Positions 1-11,059 of a stretch of DNA of 39,773 nucleotides are shown here, piece after piece; within the stretch, counting starts at the first letter, position 1; the number at the start of each line of letters is the position of its first letter. Source of the stretch: Kofleriaceae bacterium (lineage in GTDB: Bacteria; Myxococcota_A; Polyangia; Haliangiales; Haliangiaceae); assembly GCA_965215005.1 (NCBI GenBank), contig CBDCCZ010000002.1:1-39773 (forward strand). Reading direction: 5' to 3'. The position numbers were made by a program, and so were the translations under genes. The notes beneath the pieces were generated by a model that searched no databases, was not told where the DNA came from, and was given only the letters and a program-made list of their open reading frames with translations.

Positions 1-1020
1 AAAGACGCCGGGGTCGACATCGACGCTGGCAACGCGCTGGTGGCGGCGATTGCCCCGCTCGCGAAGGCCACCCGTCGTCCCGAAGTGCTCGGCTCTCTCG
101 GCGGATTCGCCGGTCTCTGCGCGATCCCGGCGGGATATCGGGAGCCTATCTTGGTGAGCGGCACCGACGGGGTCGGCACCAAGCTGCGAACCGCGCTGGA
201 CACCAAACGCCACGACACCGTCGGAATCGACCTGGTCGCGATGTGTGTCAACGACATCTTAGTCGTTGGCGCCGAGCCCCTCTTGTTCCTCGATTACTAC
301 GCCACCGGCAAGCTCGAGGTCGAAACCGCCCGCGCGGTCATCGCCGGCATCGCCGCGGGCTGCAGCCAAGCGGGCTGCGCGCTTCTCGGCGGCGAGACCG
401 CGGAGCTGCCCGGCATGTACAGCGGCTCTGACTACGACCTCGCGGGCTTTTGCGTGGGCATCGCCGAGAAGAGCGAGCTGCGCGACGGTCGTGACATTGC
501 CGTGGGTGATCAGGTGATCGGCTTGCCCTCGAGCGGCTTGCACTCCAATGGTCACTCGCTAGCGCGCAAGGTGCTGCTCGAGACTCTCGGGCACGACTAT
601 GACGCCACCCCCGCCGCGCTCGGCGGTCGCAGTATCGCAGACGTGCTGCTCGAGCCGACGCTGATCTACGGCGCGGCGTTGCGCGCGGTCATCGACGCTG
701 GCGTATCGATCAAAGGCGCCGCGCATATCACCGGCGGCGGGCTGCTCGAAAATCCCCCGCGCATGCTGCCCAATGATGAGCTGGCATTTCGGCTCGAGCG
801 TCGTCGCTGGGACGTGCCCCCGGTGTTCACATTGATCGCCTCCGCTGGCATCGAGCCGATGGAGATGCATCGAACCTTCAACATGGGCATCGGCATGATC
901 GTCACGGTCGCCGCCAACGCCGCCGACGCCGCCATTTCCGCGTTGCGCGGCGCCGGCGTCGACGCGCGCGTCATCGGAGAGATCGCGCCGCGCCTCGAGC
1001 ACGCCGTCGAGCTTCTCTGA
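1..1020 (+). CDS. purM: Phosphoribosylformylglycinamidine cyclo-ligase (AIR synthetase), 5' end truncated by the window
   Basis: Frame is open from base 1 ([11 protein letters not shown]). Contains [43 protein letters not shown] and AHITGGG motifs. Confidence 0.97.
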   Translation, partial: KDAGVDIDAGNALVAAIAPLAKATRRPEVLGSLGGFAGLCAIPAGYREPILVSGTDGVGTKLRTALDTKRHDTVGIDLVAMCVNDILVVGAEPLLFLDYYATGKLEVETARAVIAGIAAGCSQAGCALLGGETAELPGMYSGSDYDLAGFCVGIAEKSELRDGRDIAVGDQVIGLPSSGLHSNGHSLARKVLLETLGHDYDATPAALGGRSIADVLLEPTLIYGAALRAVIDAGVSIKGAAHITGGGLLENPPRMLPNDELAFRLERRRWDVPPVFTLIASAGIEPMEMHRTFNMGIGMIVTVAANAADAAISALRGAGVDARVIGEIAPRLEHAVELL

Positions 1021-1631
1021 TGCGGGTGGGGGTGCTGGTGAGCGGCCGCGGCAGCAACCTACGGGCGCTGCTCGATGCCAGTGGTGCTGGTGAGCTTGCG
1101 CCGGCGCAGGTGGTGTGCGTGGTTTCGAGCCGCGCCGAGGCGCCAGCGCTGCAGCACGCGCAGGCCGCGGGCGTGGCAACGGCCGTCGTCGAGCCAGCCG
1201 CGCATCCCGAGCGGGCAGCGTTCGACGCGGCGGTTCGCGCGGTGCTCGAGGCTCACCGAGTGCAGGCCGTGGTGCTGGCTGGGTTCATGCGCATCCTCGG
1301 CGCCGAGTTCGTAAACGCGTATGCCGATCGTCTAATCAATACGCACCCGTCACTGCTGCCCGCATTTCCCGGTTTGAACGCTCCTGCGCAAGCCCTCGCG
1401 CACGGCGTCAAGCTCACCGGGTGCACGGTTCACTTCGTCGAAGCGGGCCTCGACAGCGGTCCTATCATCGCCCAAGTCGCGATTCCCGTGCTCGCCGGCG
1501 ATGACGCGGCGACGCTGCACCGGCGCATTCAAACCCAGGAGCATCGCCTGTTACCCGAGGTTACTCAGCTGCTGGCGGCGGGCCGCCTTCGCCGCGATGG
1601 GCGCAGCGTATGGATTGCCGATGCGGACTAA
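1020..1631 (+). CDS. purN: Phosphoribosylglycinamide formyltransferase
   Basis: SGRGSNL, LAGFMRIL, INTHPSLLPAFPG and GCTVHFV..GLDSGPII motifs. Start overlaps the purM stop (TGATG). Confidence 0.97.
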   Translation: MRVGVLVSGRGSNLRALLDASGAGELAPAQVVCVVSSRAEAPALQHAQAAGVATAVVEPAAHPERAAFDAAVRAVLEAHRVQAVVLAGFMRILGAEFVNAYADRLINTHPSLLPAFPGLNAPAQALAHGVKLTGCTVHFVEAGLDSGPIIAQVAIPVLAGDDAATLHRRIQTQEHRLLPEVTQLLAAGRLRRDGRSVWIADAD

Positions 1632-3117
1632 CTCCTACGACACCATCGTCATCGGCGATGACCTCGCGGGCTTGGTCGCCGCCGCTCTTTGCGCCAAGCG
1701 CGGCCTGCGGGTGCTGGTTCTAACCGAGACGCCACGTCCGCTCAGCTATCAGCTCGGCCCGCACCGGTTGCCGGTCGTGCCGCTGGTGCTCGGCAATCGC
1801 AACTCACCCGCGGTGCGGCGCGTGTTCGATGAGCTCGGGCTCGAGCACGCAATCAAGCGCAAGCTGCGCAGCGAGTCGCCGTCGATGCAGCTCATCGGGC
1901 CCGATATTCGGCTCGAGATCGGTAGCGATGATGCTCGCGTGCTGGCTGAGCTCGCGCGCGAGCGGCCGTCGCTGCCACGCAGCGCCGCACAGGCACTGCT
2001 CGACAGCAGCGTGGTGGCGGCGCTCTTCGACGCGCCGCTCGCCGACAACGCATTTCCTCCCAGCGGCTTTTGGAGCAAACGAGAGATCGGCCGCGAGACC
2101 GAACGCGCCGCGGAAGACGGCCGCGCGTGGCTCGCGGCGCTAGAGGATCCCGCGCTGCGAGCGCTGGCCAGCCTTCCCGCCGCAATCGCCGCCAGCGCCG
2201 ATCCACGAGCGCTGTCACCAGCCGCAGTGGCGCGTGGTTTTCACGGCTGGCGCCACGACGCCGCGCGATTGCCCGGCGACTGGCACACGCTGCGCGAGCT
2301 GCTGGTGGACAAGCTCACCCACGCCGGCGGCGAGCTCGGCACCGGCAAGGTCGAGGAGCTCACGTTTGGCTGGGGCAAGGTGAGCGGTGTCCGTCTGGCC
2401 AGCGGCGATGAGCTCGGTGCAGGCCACGTGATCGCCGCCATGCCGCTGGCAGATCTGGCGCCATTGCTCGAGCGAAAACAGCCCAAGCGGGTCGCGCCGC
2501 TCCTCTGCCAGCTCGAGGCGACGGCCTATCGCTACGTGCTCAACTTGGTGGTCGACGAAGCAGGCGTGCCCGAGGGAATGGGACGAGTCGTTCTGGTGGT
2601 CGTAGATCCCGCTGCGCCGCTGCTTGCTCCCAACGCCTTCGCGGTGCACGTCGATGAGCCCGACGATGAAGCCCGCGTCGTCGTCACTCTCACCGCCGCG
2701 TGTCCAGTGCCGGCCGAAGCCAATGCCAAGCAGCTGGCGCAGGCATTCGCAGCGCTGCGACCTGCGCTCATGGCGAACCTCGAGGAGGTGATGCCGTTCG
2801 TCGGTCGCCACCTGCTCTTGGCACATTCCCCGGTCGAAGCCGCGCCTCCTCAGGGCAGCGCGACCGCGGCGCCACCGGGCCTTCTGGCGAGGCCCGAGCC
2901 ACTGTGGAGCTGGAGCCGCGACAGCGCCATGGGAGTGGGCGCGGCGCCCTACTCGCTGGGCATCAAGCAGCTGACCCTGTGCTCGAGTCAGATCGTTCCA
3001 GGTCTAGCGCTCGAAGGGGTGTTGGCGGTGGGCCACGGCGCTGCCCGCAGCGCCAGCGCTGGCGCCGTAAAGAAGAAAGACCTGCTCAAAGATGAGGTAA
3101 TCGCCGGCGGCGCCTGA
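1621..3117 (+). CDS. FAD-dependent oxidoreductase, phytoene-dehydrogenase-like fold (possibly degenerate)
   Basis: ATG at 1621 overlaps the end of purN. N-terminal Rossmann-like motif YDTIVIGDDLAGLVAAALCAKRGLRVLVL. C-terminal PGLALEG..G resembles the CrtI family. Confidence 0.7.
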   Translation: MRTNSYDTIVIGDDLAGLVAAALCAKRGLRVLVLTETPRPLSYQLGPHRLPVVPLVLGNRNSPAVRRVFDELGLEHAIKRKLRSESPSMQLIGPDIRLEIGSDDARVLAELARERPSLPRSAAQALLDSSVVAALFDAPLADNAFPPSGFWSKREIGRETERAAEDGRAWLAALEDPALRALASLPAAIAASADPRALSPAAVARGFHGWRHDAARLPGDWHTLRELLVDKLTHAGGELGTGKVEELTFGWGKVSGVRLASGDELGAGHVIAAMPLADLAPLLERKQPKRVAPLLCQLEATAYRYVLNLVVDEAGVPEGMGRVVLVVVDPAAPLLAPNAFAVHVDEPDDEARVVVTLTAACPVPAEANAKQLAQAFAALRPALMANLEEVMPFVGRHLLLAHSPVEAAPPQGSATAAPPGLLARPEPLWSWSRDSAMGVGAAPYSLGIKQLTLCSSQIVPGLALEGVLAVGHGAARSASAGAVKKKDLLKDEVIAGGA

Positions 3118-3382
3118 CGAGAGTCGTCGCCAAGGGAGTGGGTTTGTGAGCCTCCAGCGGCGACCGGCGCGACCTGCGAAACAAGTAGCCGATCCCTAGG
3201 CATCGGCGCGGCCGAAGGGAATGCAGCTAACGCCCTCGCCGCTCCCGATGCCCGCCGGGCGAGCTTGGTGAGCAACCGGTGCTACTCGCGTTGGCGGCTG
3301 TGACATCGGCGGGCTGGTGTGTCAGGCTAGCGACGTTGGGAACGGGGCCGCTGGGCTGCTCCATGCCTGCATTTGCCACCTC

Positions 3383-4096
3383 ATGCAGCAACTCCTTCAA
3401 GCGCTAGAGGCCCGCGCGCCTGTCATCAATCGCCGAGCCGGTGAGTCGATGCGGCTCGACCCGTTTTGGGAGGCGCGCTACGGCCCTCGCGGGCGCGCCT
3501 TTTCCGCCGAAGATGGCAGCTATCACCTGCGCTATCTCCAGGAAGCGCTTGCCAGCGAGATGCCCATCCTCTTCGTCGACTACGCTCGCTGGCTGCGTGG
3601 CGTGCTGGTGAGCCGCGGCATGTGCACGCTGCACCTCATGCTGCATTTCGAGCGCATCGCGTTGATCATGGAAGAAGAGCTCGGGCTGATAGCCGCGTCG
3701 GCGCAGGCGGTGCTGGCGCGCGGCATCGATAGCCTCGAATACTCGGGCGGCCCGGAGCACCTTCTCATCCGCCACGTGGACGCGATCGACGCCGGTGCTC
3801 ATCGCGAGCTCGCCGCGCCCGATGGATGCCCGGCGTCCCTCCTCGATACCACTCGTCGCGCTCGGTTCTTCGTCTGGTACGCGGCTGATGCCATCGCCCA
3901 ACGCCGGCCGACGCTCTGGCGCGAGCACCTGCGCTGGCTCAGTGGTTTCTACGGTGATGCTAGCCGTCATCGGCTCGCCGCGCTGCTTCGCGCGATCGAT
4001 GGCGAGCTCGCCGCTTTGCCCGAGAATATCGGCGAGGCGCGCGGCCTGCTTGGCGAGGCATTGCACCTGATCGAGCAGGCCGGTCAAGCGGCATGA
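3383..4096 (+). CDS. Two-domain all-helical globin/phycobiliprotein-like protein
   Basis: RGRAFSAEDGSYHLRYLQEAL..E.PILFVDYARWLRGVL.SRGM resembles phycobiliprotein helices E-G (R..AC.RD..YYLRY..YA...GD). A second degenerate copy reads RRARFFVWYAADAIAQRRPTLWREHLRWL. The start at 3383 (ATG) is chosen over upstream GTG 3317. Confidence 0.65.
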   Translation: MQQLLQALEARAPVINRRAGESMRLDPFWEARYGPRGRAFSAEDGSYHLRYLQEALASEMPILFVDYARWLRGVLVSRGMCTLHLMLHFERIALIMEEELGLIAASAQAVLARGIDSLEYSGGPEHLLIRHVDAIDAGAHRELAAPDGCPASLLDTTRRARFFVWYAADAIAQRRPTLWREHLRWLSGFYGDASRHRLAALLRAIDGELAALPENIGEARGLLGEALHLIEQAGQAA

Positions 4097-4800
4097 GCCG
4101 CGGCGTCGTTGCCCTCGCTACCAGGCTAGCCGATGCCGTGGTGGAAGGACTTGCGCTCACCGAGCGGCCGCTGCCGCCGGAGCTCGCAGTGGCATCGGCC
4201 GACTACCGAGGCGCGCCGCTGCACCTGCTCGCGCGGGCGTGGTCGTCATCGCAGGTGGCCTATGCGCGGCTCGTGACTCTCGTAGGTCAGGACCTCGAGA
4301 TCGGCAACCTGGTCGTAGTGCCGGCGCAGGATTGGCCGCTGCCACTGTTCGGTGCCGACCTCGTCGCTCTTTCCCGTCCCGACGTGCTGCTGGCGATTGA
4401 CGCCGCTCCCACGGTTGCCGCTGTGCGCGAGGCGCAGCTCCAGCGATTCGCGCTTGCGTCCGCACAGCGGGGCGCGCTTCGGCCCGCGGGAGAGGTGCCA
4501 CCGTGGTGCCAGCCGCTGTTCTCTCCCCACGCTCTCTTCGTCCGTGCCGACCATGCCAATGACGTCGCGACCGCCGCGGCCGCAATGGTCGATGGGTTTA
4601 TTGAGCTCGCGCGTCGTTGTGAGGCCGCGCCGGAGCACGCTAGCTGCGTCCGGCGCGCTTGGCACCACTATGCGAGCACTCACCTCACCGAGGACAAGGC
4701 CCTGGGCCTCCTCGACCGTCTCTTCGGCAGCGAGCTCGGTAGCCGCTTGCGTCGCGAAATGATGTTTCCGCTCGAACTCTTCGCGCCGCTCCTGGAGTGA
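4093..4800 (+). CDS. Ferredoxin-dependent bilin reductase (PcyA/PebA/PebB/HY2 family, pre-PcyA-like)
   Basis: LEIGNLVVVP...PLPLFGADLV....LLAID..P, VPPW..LFSPHALFVR and EDK...LL.RLFG.E......EMMF all match FDBR family blocks. ATGA overlap with the upstream gene. Confidence 0.85.
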   Translation: MSRGVVALATRLADAVVEGLALTERPLPPELAVASADYRGAPLHLLARAWSSSQVAYARLVTLVGQDLEIGNLVVVPAQDWPLPLFGADLVALSRPDVLLAIDAAPTVAAVREAQLQRFALASAQRGALRPAGEVPPWCQPLFSPHALFVRADHANDVATAAAAMVDGFIELARRCEAAPEHASCVRRAWHHYASTHLTEDKALGLLDRLFGSELGSRLRREMMFPLELFAPLLE

Positions 4801-4810
4801 TCCTATACAA

Positions 4811-4842
4811 CGCCGTGGCGACGCGCTTGCGACGCCACGGCG
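4811..4842. terminator. GC-rich hairpin between convergent genes (possible bidirectional terminator)
   Basis: Perfect 10-bp inverted repeat CGCCGTGGCG (4811-4820) / CGCCACGGCG (4833-4842), with an inner CGC-GCTT-GCG. No clear U-tract. Confidence 0.55.
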
Positions 4843-4846
4843 GCCG

Positions 4847-6409
4847 CTATGCAGCGACGACGCCGGACGAAGGCAACTCGACGCTGGCGCAGCCAAGAGT
4901 CGGCTCCGCGCGTGCGGGCCGCCCTATGAGCGGGCGCGCCGCCGTCATCGTGCGATCATCGGCCGCCGGCGCGTAGCCAGGGGTGAACGCGCGACTCGCG
5001 CCATCGCGCCATTGGCAAAGCTCGGCCTGCGGCCCGGTCTCGCCGTGGCGGATGATGACGTGGGTGAAGGCGCGCAAAAGGCCCGGCTTGGTGCTCGGAA
5101 GCCAGGTGCCCGTATTGAAGTACACCCGTTCCTCGCCGAGCGCCTCCGCCATGGGTTCGTGGGTATGACCGAACACCACGAAGCGAGCATCGATGCGCGA
5201 GAGAATGCGGCTGGGGACCAACTGCAGCGGCACGGTGGGGTCGATGTTGCGTCCCCGACTCGCGTGCCTCGACACCAGCTGGCTGCCGAACGCGACTGCC
5301 AGTGCGACCACCACGGCAACCGCCAGTGGCAGCGTCAACAACGCCAGGAAGCTGAGAAACGCAGCGACTCCGTAGATCGCTAGCTTATCGAGCATCAATA
5401 CCTGCATCAGCCGGCGCAGGTTGGTGACGATGGGTGTTCGCCGCAGATCGTCGACCGCGCGCAGTTGGCTGAGCGGCAGGCTCCAACGCGTGCTCAGCGC
5501 TTCGAGCCGCTCTTCGTGACGCTCGCGCTGCGCGCGCTTGTTGTGCTGCGAGCGCGACGCGAGCCACGCCGTCACCAAGCTGCGCGAGAACAAGTAGTAC
5601 CCCCTGGCGAGGCGCGCCGCGCCGCGCACGCCCAATGACGAAGCAAAGCGCAAGTAGCCGCCAAAGGTCCACGCTTCGGTGGCGTGCGGCTCGGCATCTT
5701 CGATGCGATTGGTGACGTAGCGCAGTCCAGCGGCATCGACATTGCCCACGATCTCGCCTGAGCTTTCATCCGCGGCAGCGAGCATGAACTCGAACGAGCA
5801 GCACTCATCATATTGATGACCGTGCTCGATCCACGCGACTCCCGGCTCGTACACGAACCACGGATGAAACTCGATGCGCGCCGCGACTTGCTCGGCGGTC
5901 GCAGCACCGCTGCGCCGCGCTGCTGGCAACTGCTGCCAAGCGGCGGCGATGAGCTCGCGGAACGCTGCCTGCACCGCGGGCCACTGCATTTCGGTGTCGT
6001 GATTGCCAGCAATGATGTCGAGCTGGTTGCCCGCGGCCAGAAATCTGGCCATGGCAGCAATGAGCTCCGCATGCCTATCTAGCGCGGCGCGAATCTGCAC
6101 CGCAGCGACCCACTCCCGCCGCCCCAGTCCGTGATCGTACTCATCGCGGTGCTGCGCCTGCCGCGCCTCAGGAGGCAGCCGCTCATCGCCGGGCAAGACG
6201 CAGATGGTGAGGAAATCAACCATGTCGCCGTTGACGACCAGCCGCCAAGGGCGGCCGTCGACCCGGCGGCGGGCATAGTGGCGGAGGAACTCGATGAGGT
6301 GCGCCTCGGCGAGGCGCAAGTCGCGGATGCAAGCTTCGGTCGCGGTGGGGCTGAGGTCTTCGCCCAGGTGCAGGTCACTGATCACCAAGATGTTCGCTTC
6401 GATACTCAT
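4847..6409 (-). CDS. Calcineurin-like metallophosphoesterase with a membrane hairpin
   Basis: SDLHLG, NGDMVDF, GNHD, EHGH and FGHTH motifs plus a hydrophobic segment (LAIYGVAAFLSFLALLTLPLAVAVVVALAVAF). Confidence 0.85.
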   Translation of the reverse strand: MSIEANILVISDLHLGEDLSPTATEACIRDLRLAEAHLIEFLRHYARRRVDGRPWRLVVNGDMVDFLTICVLPGDERLPPEARQAQHRDEYDHGLGRREWVAAVQIRAALDRHAELIAAMARFLAAGNQLDIIAGNHDTEMQWPAVQAAFRELIAAAWQQLPAARRSGAATAEQVAARIEFHPWFVYEPGVAWIEHGHQYDECCSFEFMLAAADESSGEIVGNVDAAGLRYVTNRIEDAEPHATEAWTFGGYLRFASSLGVRGAARLARGYYLFSRSLVTAWLASRSQHNKRAQRERHEERLEALSTRWSLPLSQLRAVDDLRRTPIVTNLRRLMQVLMLDKLAIYGVAAFLSFLALLTLPLAVAVVVALAVAFGSQLVSRHASRGRNIDPTVPLQLVPSRILSRIDARFVVFGHTHEPMAEALGEERVYFNTGTWLPSTKPGLLRAFTHVIIRHGETGPQAELCQWRDGASRAFTPGYAPAADDRTMTAARPLIGRPARAEPTLGCASVELPSSGVVAA

Positions 6410-6653
6410 TAAAACCAATCAGTCCGTAGGAGGCACTCGTCTAACCTATCGGCTTGCTTCCGAATCTCTTTAATTTGGCACCCTAGCTGCGCATGCGCAA
6501 GGATTTTCGCACTGCGCTGCGCAGCGCCTTGCGCATGTCACACCGAATCCACCTCATCTTCACCGTTCGTCGGGTCGACAGGGTGGCGCGGGCTGTGCTA
6601 TGACTCACCGCGTCTAAGGGTGCTCCTGTTGCCATAAGGGCGCGATTCAGCAA

Positions 6654-8915
<2,262 letters not shown>

Positions 8916-8926
8916 CGCCTAAATCC

Positions 8927-8953
8927 GGCTCCTCGCCCGCGGGGTGAGGAGCC
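8927..8953 (+). terminator. Stem-loop downstream of the Fe-S oxidoreductase
   Basis: GGCTCCTCGCCC-GCG-GGGTGAGGAGCC, a 12-bp stem with one G-U pair, beginning 11 nt after the stop. No U-tract. Confidence 0.55.
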
Positions 8954-8994
8954 CTGCGGCGTGCTCGGCAGTGGGCGTGGTGCGGGGGTGTAGC

Positions 8995-9044
8995 TTGACA
9001 GGTCGAACCAATACTTGAAATGGTCCGACCTTTAGCGCTAGGCT
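8995..9044 (+). promoter_or_regulatory. Sigma70-like promoter with paired FadR/GntR-type operator boxes
   Basis: TTGACA at 8995. TTGAAA(9015)-N18-TAGGCT(9039). Inverted boxes AGGTCGAACCA (9000-9010) and TGGTCCGACCT (9021-9031). Confidence 0.6.
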
Positions 9045-9054
9045 TGTGTAGCCC

Positions 9055-10980
9055 ATGTTGCACACGCCGCCCGAGCCCTCTTCGCCGTTGTCAGCGAGTG
9101 AGCGCGCGCTCCTGGTCGAGATCGCCAGGACCGCGCTCCCTGCCGGCGACGTCTTTCCCGGTGCTGACGCCGCTACGGTGGCGCGGCTCGAGCGGTTCTT
9201 GGCGACGCTGTCGCCGACTCTGCTGCAGGGATACCGGGCACTCCTCACCGCGGTGCAGTCGAGCGCGCTGCTGCGATACCGCAAGCGCTTCGCCAACCTC
9301 GAGCCAGACGAGCAGCTGGCGGTGCTGAACGCCTGGCAGCGCGCCGGCATCGCGCGCCGGCTGGGATTGCGCGCGCTGTTAGCGCCGCTCAAGATTGCGC
9401 ACTTCGACAATCCCGACTTCTATCGAACCATCGGCTGTGTCTACGAGTTTGGCAGCCCGCGAGCGGAGCCGGAGCCGCGATTTATGCGCGAGCGGGTCCA
9501 CGATGCGGCGCTCCTCGAGGAAGATCTCGAGCTCGAGTGCGAGGTCGTCGTCGTCGGGACCGGTGCCGGCGGCGCGGTGGTCGCCAAGGAGCTGGCCGAG
9601 CGCGGCCACGCGGTGGTGCTCCTGGAGGAAGGCGGCTATCACCGGCGTGCGGAGCTCGGCGGCCGCCCACTCGACATGCAGCGGCGGCTGTACCGCAACG
9701 CGGGCGCCACGTTCTCCATCGGCAACGTCGGCATCCCCATCCCCCTTGGCCGCGGCGTTGGCGGCACCACCATCATCAACTCGGGCACCTGCTTTCGAGT
9801 GCCGGGACGGGTGCTCGAGCGCTGGCAGCGCGAGCTCGGGCTGACCGAGCTCACGGAGGACCATCTAGCGCCCTACTTCGAGCGGGTCGAAGAGATCCTC
9901 GGCGTGGCGCCAGCGCGAGCCGAGTATTTGGGCGGGGTGGCGCGGGTCATCGCGCGCGGTTGCGACCGGCTGGGTTACGCGCACAAGGCGCTGCAGCGCA
10001 ACGCGCCCGACTGCGACGGCAAAGGCGTCTGCTGCTTTGGCTGCCCCACCGACGCCAAGCGCTCGACCAACGTCTCCTACGTGCCGCTGGCGCTGGCTCG
10101 CGGCGCCGAGTTGTTCACCAACGCTCACGTCACCCGCATTCTCACCAGCGGTGGCCGCGCCGTCGGCGTCGTCGCCCAAGCCGACGGCCGCCGCCTCACG
10201 GTGCGCGCGCAAGCGGTGGTCCTCGCCTGCGGAAGCTTGATCTCGCCGGTGCTGCTCGCGCAGAACGGGCTCGGGCTGTCGTCCGGTCAGCTCGGCGCCA
10301 ATCTCTCCATTCACCCAGCGGTTGCCGGCATCGGCGTCTTCGACGAACGAATTGCGGCGTTTGACGCCATTCCTCAGGGCTACTCGATCGAGGAGTTTCA
10401 CGACCAAGGCCTGCTCTTCGAAGGCGCAAGCGCACCGCTCGAGACCACCATGGCCGCGAGCCCCTTGCTCGGAAAGCCGCTGGTCGAGCTCGCCGAGGCA
10501 TTCGACCGCACCGCGATGTTTGGCTTCATGATCGAAGACAGCTCGCGCGGGCGCGTTCGGCTGGTCCGCGGCCGCCCTGTCATTACCTACGTCATGAACG
10601 ATCGCGACGTCGCCCAGCTCAAGCGCGGCGTCGAAATTCTGGCTCGAGTCTTCTTTGCCGCCGGCGCGCGAGCCGTGCACGCGCCGGTGCATGGCTTCGA
10701 TCGCCTCGAAGGCTACGCCGACCTCACCCGCCTGCGCCACGCAAGCTTGCGCGCCAGCGACTTCGACGTGAGCGCCTATCACCCGCTCGGCACCGCGCGC
10801 ATGGGAGTGGATCCCGCGCGCTCCGTCGTCGATTCGAGCCATCGAGTACACGACACCCCCGGCCTCTACGTGGTTGATGGAGCCTCGGTGCCCTCCTCCT
10901 TGGCCGTCAATCCACAGCTCACCATCATGGCCATGGCTACCCGCGCCGCCGAGCGCATCTCCGACCGCTTGGATTCCTGA
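9055..10980 (+). CDS. GMC family oxidoreductase with an N-terminal helical extension
   Basis: VVVGTGAGG, GRGVGGTTIINSG, C.G.G.CCFGCP..AK.S, HPLGTARMG and NPQLTIMA. Confidence 0.93.
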   Translation: MLHTPPEPSSPLSASERALLVEIARTALPAGDVFPGADAATVARLERFLATLSPTLLQGYRALLTAVQSSALLRYRKRFANLEPDEQLAVLNAWQRAGIARRLGLRALLAPLKIAHFDNPDFYRTIGCVYEFGSPRAEPEPRFMRERVHDAALLEEDLELECEVVVVGTGAGGAVVAKELAERGHAVVLLEEGGYHRRAELGGRPLDMQRRLYRNAGATFSIGNVGIPIPLGRGVGGTTIINSGTCFRVPGRVLERWQRELGLTELTEDHLAPYFERVEEILGVAPARAEYLGGVARVIARGCDRLGYAHKALQRNAPDCDGKGVCCFGCPTDAKRSTNVSYVPLALARGAELFTNAHVTRILTSGGRAVGVVAQADGRRLTVRAQAVVLACGSLISPVLLAQNGLGLSSGQLGANLSIHPAVAGIGVFDERIAAFDAIPQGYSIEEFHDQGLLFEGASAPLETTMAASPLLGKPLVELAEAFDRTAMFGFMIEDSSRGRVRLVRGRPVITYVMNDRDVAQLKRGVEILARVFFAAGARAVHAPVHGFDRLEGYADLTRLRHASLRASDFDVSAYHPLGTARMGVDPARSVVDSSHRVHDTPGLYVVDGASVPSSLAVNPQLTIMAMATRAAERISDRLDS

Positions 10981-11059
10981 GAATGCCAGCGCAGCTTCAG
11001 CGCCCGCCATCGCGTCACCGAAGTACGTAGGTGGGCCTTCGAGAACGAGGGAGCGAGGG

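Noticed and set aside
3118..3382. Intergenic region upstream of the bilin operon as a riboswitch or ncRNA
   Set aside because: Only short GC hairpins are present and no cobalamin or other riboswitch consensus is recognisable. An Rfam/Infernal scan would be needed.
1621..4800. A photosynthesis or carotenoid gene cluster
   Set aside because: There are no crtB/crtE, reaction-centre, linker or lyase genes. The desaturase-like gene is coupled to purN and separated from the bilin operon.
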